DNA of 64,000 nt from an uncultured Acidobacteriota bacterium (lineage in GTDB: Bacteria > Acidobacteriota > Terriglobia > UBA7540). The position numbers were made by a program, and so were the translations under genes. Below are positions 1 to 10,362 of this stretch, in pieces (within the stretch, counting starts at the first letter, position 1; the number at the start of each line of letters is the position of its first letter). Below the pieces are notes generated by a model that worked only from the letters and a program-made list of their open reading frames with translations, ran no database searches and had not been told where the DNA came from. The stretch is from NCBI GenBank assembly GCA_963804995.1, contig CAWDSK010000006.1, positions 512,001 to 576,000 of the forward strand, written 5' to 3'.

Positions 1-53
1 TAGCATGGCGTGGATTATACCCTACCCTGGGTAGACGATTGCAAGCGAGTCAG

Positions 54-1097
54 CTATTTCAGACTGGCGGTATCAATAACGAAGCGGTAGCGGACATCAC
101 CCTTGATAGTGCGCTCGTAGGCCTCGTTGATTTGCTGAATGGGAATCACCTCCACGTCAGACACCAGCCCGTGCCGGGCGCAAAAATCGAGCATTTCCTG
201 GGTCTCGCGAATCCCCCCGATCATGGAGCCGGCCAGCCGGCGGCGCCCCCCAATCAGCGGAAAGGCGTCGAGCGGAGTGGGATCCGGCAAGCCCACCAGC
301 ACCATCGTCCCGTTGCGACGCAGGAGTTTGAGATAAGCGTTGTAGTCGTGGGTGGCGGATACGGTGTCCAGGATGAAGTTGAATCGCCCGGCGTTTTGCG
401 GGAACACCGCGGGGTCGTGAGTGGCGACGAAATCATCTGCGCCCAGGCTTAACGCCCCCTGGCGCTTGCCCGGAGAGTGGCTGAGCACGGTGACCTGAGC
501 GCCTAGAGCCTTCGCAATTTTCACTCCCATGTGGCCAAGGCCGCCCAGGCCCACCACCGCGACCGCGTCGCCCGCCTTCACGCCAAAGCGCACGAGCGGC
601 GCATAAGTGGTGATGCCGGCGCACAGCAAGGGTGCCGCTCCGTCCAGCGGAAGGCCCGCCGGAATGCTTAGAACGTAGGCCTCATCCACCGTAATGCGCG
701 TCGAATAGCCGCCAAAGGTGAGGGTTTTGCCGTCCCGTTCATGGGAGTTGTAAGTGAAGGTTGTGCCCCGCTCGCAGAATTGCTCGTCGCCATCCTCACA
801 TGCCGCGCATTCACGGCAGGAATCAACGAAACAGCCAATGCCCACAGTGTCGCCCACCTTCCACTTTTTGACCTGGTTTCCGATTTCCACCACCTTGCCG
901 ACGATTTCGTGACCCGGCACCATGGGAAATATCTCGCCACCCCATTCGCCCCGGACCTGATGAATGTCAGAGTGGCAAACGCCACAATAAAGGATGTCGA
1001 TGAGGACGTCGTGCGGACCGGGTTCGCGGCGGGCAATCGAATAGGGGCCCAGCGGAGCTTTCGCAACCGTCGCGGCATAAGCTGGAGTTGATAGCAT
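54..1097 (-). CDS. Zn-dependent NAD(P)-dependent alcohol dehydrogenase (cinnamyl-ADH/YahK-like)
   Basis: CGVCHSD, GHEIVG, CxxCxxC...C Zn motifs and GLGGLG; ATG at 1097 with AAGGAG RBS. Confidence 0.93.
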   Translation of the reverse strand: MLSTPAYAATVAKAPLGPYSIARREPGPHDVLIDILYCGVCHSDIHQVRGEWGGEIFPMVPGHEIVGKVVEIGNQVKKWKVGDTVGIGCFVDSCRECAACEDGDEQFCERGTTFTYNSHERDGKTLTFGGYSTRITVDEAYVLSIPAGLPLDGAAPLLCAGITTYAPLVRFGVKAGDAVAVVGLGGLGHMGVKIAKALGAQVTVLSHSPGKRQGALSLGADDFVATHDPAVFPQNAGRFNFILDTVSATHDYNAYLKLLRRNGTMVLVGLPDPTPLDAFPLIGGRRRLAGSMIGGIRETQEMLDFCARHGLVSDVEVIPIQQINEAYERTIKGDVRYRFVIDTASLK

Positions 1098-1400
1098 AAG
1101 AAATCTCCTTCCGGGATGAATTACGCCTCGGAGCACCACACCCAGGGCGTCCTCGGGCAGGAGATTTTAGTCTCGAATGGGGTTTCTGGCACGCACTTTC
1201 TGGCGGCACTCACCCAAACCATGCGCTGCCGAACACGCGCATACGAACTTCAAAAGAAAGGCAAAACGCAAAGATGAGTGTGTCGTAGGGGCGAGCGACG
1301 CTCGCCCCTGGGCCGAATCCATTCGGCCCCACAAAGTTTGGGCGGCTCGCGACCTGTCCCGATCTTATCGGGAACCGCCCTACTTGCGGGCAAAGCCCGC

Positions 1401-1537
1401 TTTGGAGTGCGGCAGCTTGCTGCCGCTTTCCTCCCCGCGAGCTTGCTGCGGGAATCTTTACCGTGGGGCCTGTCGAGCCACGGCACGGCCGGCAAGCTGG
1501 CCTTATCGATAGCGGCAGCAAGCTGCCGCACTCCAAA
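1401..1537. repeat. REPIN-like element, family A
   Basis: 27-bp perfect inverted repeat tttggagtgcggcagcttgctgccgct at 1401-1427 and 1511-1537; each arm is itself palindromic. Confidence 0.85.
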
Positions 1538-1672
1538 ACTCCGCCTGCCCACCTCTCGCTTACCGCCTTCCGGTCACGCCCCACCGCTTACCGCCCTAAA
1601 TCGCGTTCGTGACGCCCTGCCCTGGAGTGTGCAAGAATGGGTCGCCAAATCTAACGGAAAGGTCAAACTTCC

Positions 1673-2890
1673 ATGACCTCACAGCACCAGACTTCCACCC
1701 GTTACCTGATGGCGACGGCGTGCGCAGGCCTGTTTACATTCGGTGTGATAACTTCACTTCTAGGCGCAATTCTGCCGGAGTTGAGTGCGCGCTCCAATTT
1801 TGATTTGACCCGCAGTGGAACGCTTTTCAGTTTTCTCTATTTCCCGCAAGTTCCCATGGTCTTCCTGGCGGGGCCCTTGATCGACCGCTTTGGCAAAAAG
1901 CTTGTACTGGCCGTGGGTTTTATGTGCAGCGCCGCGGCGCTGGTGGGGATGGCTTACGCGCCCAGCTACGCGGTGCTGGGAGCGCTGCTCGTCATGCTCG
2001 GCCTGGGCGGCAGTTCCGCCATGGCCGCCGCGAACACGCTCATCCCCGACCTTTACCCGCAGAATCCCTCTTCCGCGCTCAATCTGGCAGGCATCTTCTT
2101 CGGCGTGGGAGCAGTCTTCTTCCCCTGGCTGGTGGCGCTTATGACGCGCTGGTTGGTAAGGCTGATGGCGCCCCCGATGGTGCTGGTCACAATCCTGTGG
2201 TTCATTGCGTTGCTGGTCGGACTGGTGGCCGTGGTGGCGTTGATGCAGAAGTTTCCCCCCGCGAGCATGGCGGGAGGATTCGACTGGGAGCGCGCCCTGT
2301 CGCTGGCGACTAATCCCGCTGTCATTATCCTTGCCTGCGTCCTATTCTTCTATTCCGCTTTGGAAATTTCCACCGCTGGCTGGATTCGCACTTTCCTGGA
2401 GAAAGATCTGGCCGTTTCCGCCCGGAATTCCACCCTCCTGCTGACGACTTTCTGGATCATGATGATGTTGGGCCGGCTGATTGCCAGTCAAGTCGTCAAG
2501 CGAGTTCGCGGGCCGCAATTGTTGCTGGGATGTTCCCTGGGGGCCCTCGCGGGACTCCTGCTCATGGCGCTGGCGCCCAACCTGTGGATAGCCACCGCCG
2601 GCATTATTCTCTGTGGGCTCTCCTACGCGCCGGTATTTCCCACCACCGCGGGGACCGCCAGCACCTACTTTGCGCGCATCTTTGGGACCGTGTTCGGCAT
2701 GCTCATGACTCTCGCCCTGCTGAGTGGGGCGGTGATTCCTCCCGCCATCGGATACGTCGCCCAACACCAATCGGTACGAGCCGGCATCTGGATTCTGGCG
2801 GGCATCGCGGTCCTGCTCCTGATTACGCAGGGGATCTTCAACAGTTACGAGCGGCGGAAACTGCTCCCCGCGGCGCCGGGACCGGCATGA
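1673..2890 (+). CDS. MFS transporter (sugar/fucose permease-like)
   Basis: About 12 hydrophobic segments; motif A-like GPLIDRFGKK. Confidence 0.88.
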   Translation: MTSQHQTSTRYLMATACAGLFTFGVITSLLGAILPELSARSNFDLTRSGTLFSFLYFPQVPMVFLAGPLIDRFGKKLVLAVGFMCSAAALVGMAYAPSYAVLGALLVMLGLGGSSAMAAANTLIPDLYPQNPSSALNLAGIFFGVGAVFFPWLVALMTRWLVRLMAPPMVLVTILWFIALLVGLVAVVALMQKFPPASMAGGFDWERALSLATNPAVIILACVLFFYSALEISTAGWIRTFLEKDLAVSARNSTLLLTTFWIMMMLGRLIASQVVKRVRGPQLLLGCSLGALAGLLLMALAPNLWIATAGIILCGLSYAPVFPTTAGTASTYFARIFGTVFGMLMTLALLSGAVIPPAIGYVAQHQSVRAGIWILAGIAVLLLITQGIFNSYERRKLLPAAPGPA

Positions 2891-3048
2891 GTGGATAATA
2901 TTGAGAGTTAACGGCTCACAGCTTGTGGTTATGCTGTCAAGCTATCGTCGCGCGGACCTCCTATGCTTGCCCGGGCAGGTCAGGACCGACAGATTGAGGC
3001 GCACGGCTATCGAAGGTGTGAAGTGGAGGGACACGCGCGAAATATGGT

Positions 3049-3300
3049 TCAATTATCACCTGCCATGTATCGCTGGATGACTTCACGTTTTGCGGGCGTC
3101 AAGCCGAGGAATGCCAATCCTACTTTTTTGCCCGAGTGGATTATATAAAGGACCTTGGCCCGCACCTTCTGTGCCCCAATCAGGGGCATCTCGCGCTCGG
3201 CGAAATGCGCTTTTCTGGGCTCTCGGGGCACAGGATGCGCAGGTCGCGAGATTTGGGGCATCAGGAATTCCAGTTCCAGAACCTGACCCACCTCGACTCC
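3049..3300 (-). pseudogene. PilZ-domain C-terminal fragment
   Basis: VGQVLELEF...VRAKVLY...VGLAFLGLT..REVIQRY resembles a PilZ barrel; no clear start. Confidence 0.4.
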
Positions 3301-3322
3301 ACCCGTAGGGCGGGCACTGCGA

Positions 3323-4180
3323 TTACGCAGATGGCTCGTTCTCGGCAAGGTACATGATGCCCTGCCGGTAGAGTTCCGGGGAGGGTCCCTTGGAACTGTG
3401 AACGACACGGGCATCGACAAAAACGTTCACCGCCGTCGGTGAATAGGGAACCGCAACTTGGATGTAGGATCCGGTGCGGTAGGGCCGGCGGCTGGTGAAA
3501 CGCAGCCCGCCGTGGGAGATGTCCTCAGTGGTCGCCACATCGTCGTCCGACCCAGCCTGGCGAATGCAGACGGGTATCTCCGCGGCCACCCGGCGACCCC
3601 TCCGTTGGGGCTTGGCGAGGGGGGGAGGCGCGGCGGCCACCAGCCTCGCGGGATTCGCCGGCCCTAACTCTGGCCGCTTCGTCGCCTCTTGCTGTAACTC
3701 CAGCCACAGTGTAGGCCTCCCACACTTGTCGCAACTGAGGGAAAGCTGCCGATTGGCGTTGTAGACTGCCAGTTCCACCGAGTCAAGATGCACAATCTTG
3801 CGCGTCCCGCAGACCTTGCACGAAAGCAGAGCTCGCCCGGCAATGTCGTTGTCAGGCGGCAACTCCGGGAAAAAAACATCCCAGAAACCCACCATAGGTT
3901 TCCGGAACACCACGCTGAGAATCTGCAGACCTGCCTGCTTCCCGATTTGCCCCGCCACGTGGAATTCCGCCTCTCGGGGAACAGGGGTCCGGCGACGGCG
4001 GATGCTAATCAACTGACCGGGAGCGAGCGCGGCCTTCAGAGCAACCGCCGCCCCGTGCCGAGCCACCGTCACGGTGGTGGTATCTTCTGAAAATGGATTT
4101 CCTGAAGCGTCGGTTCCGGACACTGAAACCGGCAGGGCGATTGAGACACGATCACTACGACGTTTGCTGGTCTCTGCCAT
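3323..4180 (-). CDS. Tandem PilZ-domain protein with central Zn ribbon
   Basis: RRSDR and RRGRR RxxxR motifs, DISHGG, CKVC and CDKC. Confidence 0.8.
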   Translation of the reverse strand: MAETSKRRSDRVSIALPVSVSGTDASGNPFSEDTTTVTVARHGAAVALKAALAPGQLISIRRRRTPVPREAEFHVAGQIGKQAGLQILSVVFRKPMVGFWDVFFPELPPDNDIAGRALLSCKVCGTRKIVHLDSVELAVYNANRQLSLSCDKCGRPTLWLELQQEATKRPELGPANPARLVAAAPPPLAKPQRRGRRVAAEIPVCIRQAGSDDDVATTEDISHGGLRFTSRRPYRTGSYIQVAVPYSPTAVNVFVDARVVHSSKGPSPELYRQGIMYLAENEPSA

Positions 4181-4658
4181 TGATCCGTCTCCTCTGACAT
4201 CGCAAGGCTCTCGAAGCCCGACATAACTTTTTGGCTTTCAACGGTGAAAAGTGTACGCCCAATTGCGTAGAAAGGAGCGCATTTTTTCTTCAACCGGCAG
4301 CACCGGCTACAGCTCGTTAACAAAACGATTCGCTGTCGGCGGAGCTATGGGGAACCGAGTGAATAGGAGGCCACTTGCCAAAATTGGCATCACCCACATC
4401 GTAAATCCAGTGACGGCATTCGATGATACCCAGACAACGGGAATTTCCAATATCCACTTCCCGATGGCCGCAAGCGCACCTCCAACCGCCACCGAACGCA
4501 AACTTTGCAGTGCACCGCCTCGTGCACTGCCTCGATTGCACCATCCGGGTTCATGTAATAGAATGTGGCAACCGCTCAAAATGATGCAGAAGGTCGCAGG
4601 GCAATTGACGCTCGCCGCTGCCCTGCTGATGCGGATTCCCCTCAAGGAGGATGGCAGG

Positions 4659-5463
4659 ATGTCTACGAAGAAGAGCTATTACTACCAGCATTACACGTGG
4701 CTGGAGATGAAGGATGTCATCAAGCGGCAGCCCGTGGTGGTTCTGCCCGTGGGGTCGGTGGAAGATCATGGCAAGCATCTGCCGCTGGACGTCGACAACT
4801 TCATTATCACCTCGATTTGCGAAGAGGCGGCACGGCGCGCGGATGGCGAAATCCTGTTGCTGCCCCCCGTCTCCTACGGATTCGAAGAACATCACATGGA
4901 CATGCCGGGCACCATCGACATCGCCATGGAGCACATGCTGCATTTTGTGTTGGATATTACTCGCAGCGTGGCGCACCACGGCTTCAAACGCATTCTGCTG
5001 GCCGACGGGCATGGATCGAATATGCCGATTCTGGATCTGGTGGCGCGGCGCACCATCCTCGAAACCGAGGCGCTTTGCGGGGCGTTCATCTGGCCAAGTC
5101 TGGCGGCTGAGGCGATTGCCAGCATCCGCGAAACCGGGCTGGGCGGTATGGCTCATGCCTGCGAACTGGAGACCTCCGTCTACCTGCACCTTGATGGCTC
5201 GCGCGTGCAGATGAATCTGGCGCAGAAGGAAATTGCTCTGCCGCAGACGAAGTTTACCTGGATGGACCTCATGAAGGGATCTCCCGTGCTGCTGATGGAT
5301 CAGTGGACACGCTTCAGCAAAACCGGCGTCTCCGGCGATCCGACCAAGGCTACCAAAGAGAAAGGCGAGAAAGTCTTTGAGGCCGTCGTCACTGCTTTCC
5401 TCGAGCTGCGTAAAGATCTTCAAGAATTACGAGCGCGGCGAACGCGTGGATAATCACCTGTAA
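4659..5463 (+). CDS. Creatininase/MftE-family amidohydrolase (probable 1-nt frameshift near 5409)
   Basis: GSVEDHGKHLP, DGHGSN and HACELETS motifs; AAGGAGG RBS; a plausible C-terminus VKIFKNYERGERVDNHL* lies in a shifted frame. Confidence 0.88.
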
Positions 5464-5543
5464 GAAGCTGGATGCTCAGGCTTCGATATCGACGGGCGCG
5501 GCGGGACCAATGCGGCCGATCCGTTGACGAAACTTCCTAGCCC

Positions 5544-5647
5544 AAAACGCCTGAAGATGGGGAATTTGGTGGGACAAGGCGCGCTATGCCCCGCGGAGAG
5601 CAACATGTGGGACATGTCCCACATCGACAAAAAGTCGCCGGCCGACA
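5544..5647 (+). repeat. ~104-bp dispersed repeat, copy 1 (palindromic core GTGGGACATGTCCCAC)
   Basis: Aligns with the reverse complement of 54288-54391; ~40-bp identical core. Confidence 0.85.
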
Positions 5648-5800
5648 GGAGCAGAGTAGGGGATCACAGAAGGCTTGGGACCCCTTGTTCCACCCACAAC
5701 GCCCACTTCTACCCTTTGTAAAATTTCCGGAAGCTCAGATTCAGCGCAAGAAAGAACTCTGGATTGTGGATGGGAATTCGCTTCACTTCCAGGCAGGAAT

Positions 5801-7104
5801 TTACGTGCTCGCTTTCACAGTTGTGGAGTTATCAAGCGCGGGAACAATCGTTTTAGTCGCGTCAATTTTCAACCACAAGAGTCCGGCGAAAAAATAGACA
5901 ACGCCGGCGCTCATCAGCATCATGTCGAAGGAATGAAACTTGGTGTAAATCCACGCCGCCGCAACGGGCGAGATAAACGCGGTGACGCAGGAACCCGTGT
6001 TCATAAAAGCTGAAACCGTGCCGGCGTAATCTCCGCCTACTTCCAGGCACACGGCCCACGCGATAGGCATGGCAAGATCCAGACCCACCTCCGCCAGCAT
6101 GAGGCAGAGAATCGCCGGTCCCCCACTTACCATAAAGCCTGCGGCCACAAATCCGATGGCGGCGACAAGGAAGCCTCCCAGGCCCACGATGCGCCGGCCC
6201 CACATCAAGCTTCCGATACGCCGCACCAGAAAGTCCGACAGCATTCCTCCCGACAAACTACTGGCCGCGCCCACTGCCAGCGGCATGGCGGCATACATTC
6301 CCGCCCGTTGCGGCGAGACTCCGTGTTGCTGGATCAAGTATGTTGGGAGCCACGTCAGCAGGAACCAGAAGCCATACGACGTGGCGGAATACATCCCGAA
6401 GATCGAACCACATATTCCGGCTCTCGAAGCATCAGCTTCCACGGTGTGGGGCCGCCGTGCGTGGTGCCCGGTGAGTCCTTGTTCAGGCGCACGTATTCAA
6501 GATCCACGGCCGTCGCTTGGGGATGTTGGGCCGGGTCATCGCGATAGGTTTTCCAGAAGAGTAAACACCAGGCGCCTCCCACCAATCCAAAAATGTAGAA
6601 AGGAACGCGCCAGCCGAACCATCCGAGCAGCAGCGTGGCCACGGGTGGAGCCACGGCTCCGCCCAGGCGCGCGCCCATCCACATGACGCCGTTAGCTCGG
6701 CCGCGATCGGTGGGATGAAACCAGTGGCCAATGGCGCGGGCCAGAGAAGGAAACGCGCCGGCCTCCGCGGCTCCGAAAAGGAATCGCACTACCAGGAGCC
6801 CCCGGAACTCCCACACCAATCCCGTCATGGCTGTGAAGAACGACCAGAGCCCGACGATCCAGGTGAGCATTCGGCGCTGCCCCAGGCGATCGGTAAGCCA
6901 GCCCGAGGGAATTTCCGCGATCCCATAGGCCACGGCAAAAACGCCGAAGGCATATCCCATCTGGATTTTGGAAAGGTTCAACGTCCGCATGATGTCGGGC
7001 GTGGCGACGGAGATGCACACCCGGTCGAGATACGTGATACCTGCGGCCAGCGCCACCAGGCCCAGGATGCGACTGCGAAGCGGAATGTTCGATCCTTGTG
7101 GCAT
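5801..7104 (-). pseudogene. ACS-family MFS transporter (sugar-acid), frameshifted near 6400-6425
   Basis: N-half YLDRVCIS...GWLTDRLGQRR (6355-7104) and C-half (5801-6442) are in different frames. Confidence 0.85.
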
Positions 7105-7132
7105 CTGGAAACGATTGAGAAGTTCAAATGTC

Positions 7133-8170
7133 TTACGGCTGATAGCGCGCGAGCTTTGCCTGCATCCCTGGCTGGTCGAGAACTTTCCGGTTGACGATGT
7201 ACGGCGGCGCGGCTCCCTGGGAAACCGCCACGACGCTTCGGCACGCCGAAAGGCTTGTATCGCGAATGCCCTCGTGGGTTCGGGCGATCACGTGCGGCGA
7301 GAAAATTACATTTTCCAATTTCAGCAGGGGATGACCGGGCCGCACGGGTTCAGTTTCGAAGACGTCGATAGCCGCGCCGGCAATTTTGTTCTCCCGCAGC
7401 GCCGCGACCAGGGCGTCCTCATCCACAATCGGTCCGCGGGCGGTGTTAATCAGGTAGGCGGTGGGTTTCATCAGCGCCAGTTGACGGGCGCCGATCATCT
7501 TTCGGGTCTGCTCGTTCAAGGGGCAGTGGATGGAAACGAAGTCGCTTTCGCACATCACGGTGTCGAGGTCGACAAACTCCACACCCGCCGCGGCCTCTCC
7601 GGCACTGGGCGCAATGGGCTCATAGGCGAGCAGGCGGCGGAATCCCATGCCGCGGGCCAAGCGGAACAATTCCTTGCCGATGTTTCCGAGCCCTACCGTC
7701 CCCAGGGATTTGCCCTCGAGGTTTGAGCCGATGGGAGCATGTTCCCGCCACCGGCCCGCACGGCAATTGATATCGTGAGTGCGAAAGTTCTTGGCGAGCG
7801 CAAACATCAGCCCCAGCGCGCCCTCGGCAACCGGCCGCGCCACGGAGTCAGGCGTCACGGCCAGAATTACAGAGGCTTCCGTGCAAGCGGGCACGTCAAT
7901 GCGGTCAAAGCCCACGCCCCAGCGCGCGACGATGGCCAGCCGCTCAACTCCGCGAAAACTCTCCGCCGGAAAGCGATAGTCGAGCACGATGGCCGCGTCG
8001 TAGCGATTCAGAACTTCCGGCGCCGCCACGCCCCCCGTATCCGGCATGTATTCCCACTCAACGCCGGGAGCGGGCTTCAGGACTTCTTCGATTCCCGGGT
8101 CAATCACGCCCGCAACCTGCGTCACGAAATCAGGAGTGATGCCAATCCGAAATGGTTTATTGCCGCTCAC
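7133..8170 (-). CDS. D-2-hydroxyacid dehydrogenase (phosphoglycerate dehydrogenase-like)
   Basis: GLGNIG, HCPL, INTARG, DVFETEP and SPH motifs. Confidence 0.9.
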   Translation of the reverse strand: MSGNKPFRIGITPDFVTQVAGVIDPGIEEVLKPAPGVEWEYMPDTGGVAAPEVLNRYDAAIVLDYRFPAESFRGVERLAIVARWGVGFDRIDVPACTEASVILAVTPDSVARPVAEGALGLMFALAKNFRTHDINCRAGRWREHAPIGSNLEGKSLGTVGLGNIGKELFRLARGMGFRRLLAYEPIAPSAGEAAAGVEFVDLDTVMCESDFVSIHCPLNEQTRKMIGARQLALMKPTAYLINTARGPIVDEDALVAALRENKIAGAAIDVFETEPVRPGHPLLKLENVIFSPHVIARTHEGIRDTSLSACRSVVAVSQGAAPPYIVNRKVLDQPGMQAKLARYQP

Positions 8171-8296
8171 GGTCTAATCTGCCCCCTGTCTGTCCAGTCG
8201 TAGCGGCGAGTTTACCTCGCCATATGGCGGCGTCCCGATATGATCGGGATAAATGCCGCCGCCTCTACGCATGAAAATTGGTGCGCCGAAGGCGCC

Positions 8297-8467
8297 TTGG
8301 AGTGCGGTAGCAGCAGCTACCGCTTTTTCCTCCGCGCCTCACCTATTTGCCGTCTGGACCGAAGACCAAAAGCGGTAGCTGCTGCTACCGCTTTCTCGTC
8401 CGCGCCTCACCTATTTGCCGTCTGGACCGAAGGCCAAAAGCGGTAGCTGCTGCTACCGCAGTCCAAA
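8297..8467. repeat. REPIN family A' with internal tandem duplication
   Basis: ttggagtgcggtagcagcagctaccgc arm with inverted arm; ~60-bp internal unit duplicated; relatives at 9875-9902, 37451-37553 and 39736-39840. Confidence 0.85.
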
Positions 8468-8630
8468 GCGCTGCGCGCATTTTCGTGGTGCACCGCGCGA
8501 ACCCAATCAAATAAAATCGGAACCAAGCCCTTCCGATGATTCCTGACTCTGGAATCGCCGGCTTGAGACGGTAAGTCTATAACAAGTGGATAGAAGTGTC
8601 GAAGGAGAAGATGGGTGACTCATTCTGAGG

Positions 8631-8793
8631 TGCCACGGGCGTCCGAAGGTGTGAAAAAATACCATTTTCACCGCTGAGACGCTGAGACGCAGAGAAATGA
8701 CCCTTTGTTTTCAAGCCTCTGCGCCTCTGCGTCTCTGCGCGAGATGCTTTTGCTCGTTCAGGGATTTCTTCACAGCTTCGGACGCCCGTGGCA
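8631..8793. repeat. Nested inverted repeats (tgccacgggcgtccgaag arms around a CGCAGAG/CTCTGCG-type element)
   Basis: Outer IR at 8631-8648 and 8775-8793; inner gacgcagag/ctctgcgtc repeats. Confidence 0.7.
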
Positions 8794-9039
8794 CAACGTA
8801 GGGGCCAGCGGCGCTGGCCCGGCCGAACGGTCGCCCACCATTAAGATTGGCGGACTTTCAGCCGCGGCGACCCCTACATCCCGGGTTGCGGCTCCGCCGC
8901 GCTGCACTCCCTGCTTATTCGTGAAAACGATGAGCAAAGCGTGGACTTAAGAACGTTTCACACAGAGATCACAGAGTGTTTGGTCTTTGGAATTACCGAA
9001 CCACCTGATCACAGAGGGCACAGAGAACATCCCAGAACT

Positions 9040-9288
9040 TCTCCGCGGGAGCAGGCCAACGTCCTCAGCGAGTCTCTTGATCTGGTTGACCAGGCGGCCG
9101 GCCTTGTAGGGTTTGACCAGTTCGGCAACGCGCGGCTTTTCGAGCGTGGCGAGCAGCTCGTCGAGGTGCGCCGCGCAGGTGAGAAGCGTGAATTTTCCCT
9201 CTACCCAGGCGCTATAGATCGCGGCGGGATTGCCGGCTGGAGCGATCAGGGCGGAGACGAGGATGTTGGTATCGAGCACCACGCGCAT
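9040..9288 (-). pseudogene. Truncated PIN-domain (VapC-like) toxin
   Basis: MRVVLDTNILVSAL start; C-terminal acidic motifs absent, replaced by CACAGAG repeat sequence. Confidence 0.8.
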
Positions 9289-9400
9289 CAGGCTTTACCT
9301 TCGGTTGGGCGCGACGTTCGGCGCGGACCTCACCCACGGCCTCGTCGACGATGCGCTGAATCTCGTCCGGGTCGGCATCGGCTTCGAAGCGTGGTGGGAC
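9285..9400 (-). pseudogene. C-terminal remnant of the antitoxin for the PIN toxin
   Basis: DADPDEIQRIVDEAVGEVRAERR immediately upstream of the PIN start; N-terminus missing. Confidence 0.5.
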
Positions 9401-9406
9401 CAGCTT

Positions 9407-9736
9407 ATGGCTAAGAATTTCAAGGAACTGCAAGCGAAAATGTCTGCCGCGGCGCGGGAGCGTTCGCAAAGGAAGGCGGACCAAATGATTCAGGAAATGG
9501 CTCTGGACGAGCTGCGCGGAGCGCTTGACCTGACGCAGGAACACCTGGCGGAACTGCTGCACGTTAATCAGGCCGCCATTTCCAAAGTGGAGCGCCGCTC
9601 CGACATGTATATCAGCACGCTGCGGAGGATCATTGAGGCCATGGGAGGTCATCTCAACATCCGCGCCGTCCTTCCCAACGGGGTGGTTCGCATCAACCAG
9701 TTCGAAGAGGTTCGCAAGGCGAAATCGCAGGGCTGA
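9407..9736 (+). CDS. XRE/HigA-like HTH antitoxin (orphan)
   Basis: LTQEHLAELLHVNQAAISKVERRSDMYISTLRRIIEAMGG. Confidence 0.85.
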   Translation: MAKNFKELQAKMSAAARERSQRKADQMIQEMALDELRGALDLTQEHLAELLHVNQAAISKVERRSDMYISTLRRIIEAMGGHLNIRAVLPNGVVRINQFEEVRKAKSQG

Positions 9737-10362
9737 GCTCGCCCTGCGCCAGCCCGCCGATTACCGACTCCCATCGCTCCGGGCTTGCTGTGTTCTTGAA
9801 TCTCGAATCTGCAATCTTCGATTTCCGACTCCCCACCGCCCCTTGCACCTTTGCCGTATGAATCGAAGCCGGAAGGCGGTAGCTGCTGCTACCGCAGTCC
9901 AAGGCGCTGCGCGTATTTTCATCGTTGGCGGTGCACCGCAGGCAGGCGCAGGGCGAGCGCAGGTCTGCGGTTTAGCTTTTGTAGCGCGGAGTGTATGCCT
10001 TTCACACTCTGCGGCTTCTAATATGATGAATATGCACGGTATTATTAACACGCGGTTTTGACACCTGACGTCCTAATCCAGTTTCCCGGGAGGACATAAG
10101 GGCTGATCGGAAGTCTCGTCCATCAAACCAAGAGCCGCAGAGTCTCGGAAAGATCGAGACTCTGCGCACTGTCGCCGCGGCGACCGAGGGCTATGAATTC
10201 ATATTGGCGCCGTGCCCGTGGCTTTGACTTTTGAGCTTTGCGTTTTGCGTTTTGACTTTCTGTTGCGGCTTCGTGCGTGGCGTTACCGGCTGAATCCGAA
10301 ATCCCTAGTCCCTAGTCCCTAACCCCCACCCCCGATTCCCAATTCCCAACTCCCAGCCCTCA

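Noticed and set aside
1177..1676. ORFs with LECGSLLPL / AVAAATA peptides recurring in the window
   Set aside because: They are translations of REP palindromes, not proteins
4307..4480. Hydrophobic minus-strand stretch resembling a membrane protein end
   Set aside because: No start, RBS or recognisable family, so it cannot be supported
4251..4658. N-terminal extension of the creatininase ORF
   Set aside because: A strong RBS at 4644-4650 and family homology begin at ATG 4659
8200..8480. CRISPR-like repeated palindromes
   Set aside because: The intervening sequences are duplicated rather than unique spacers, the arms are inverted, and no cas genes are present
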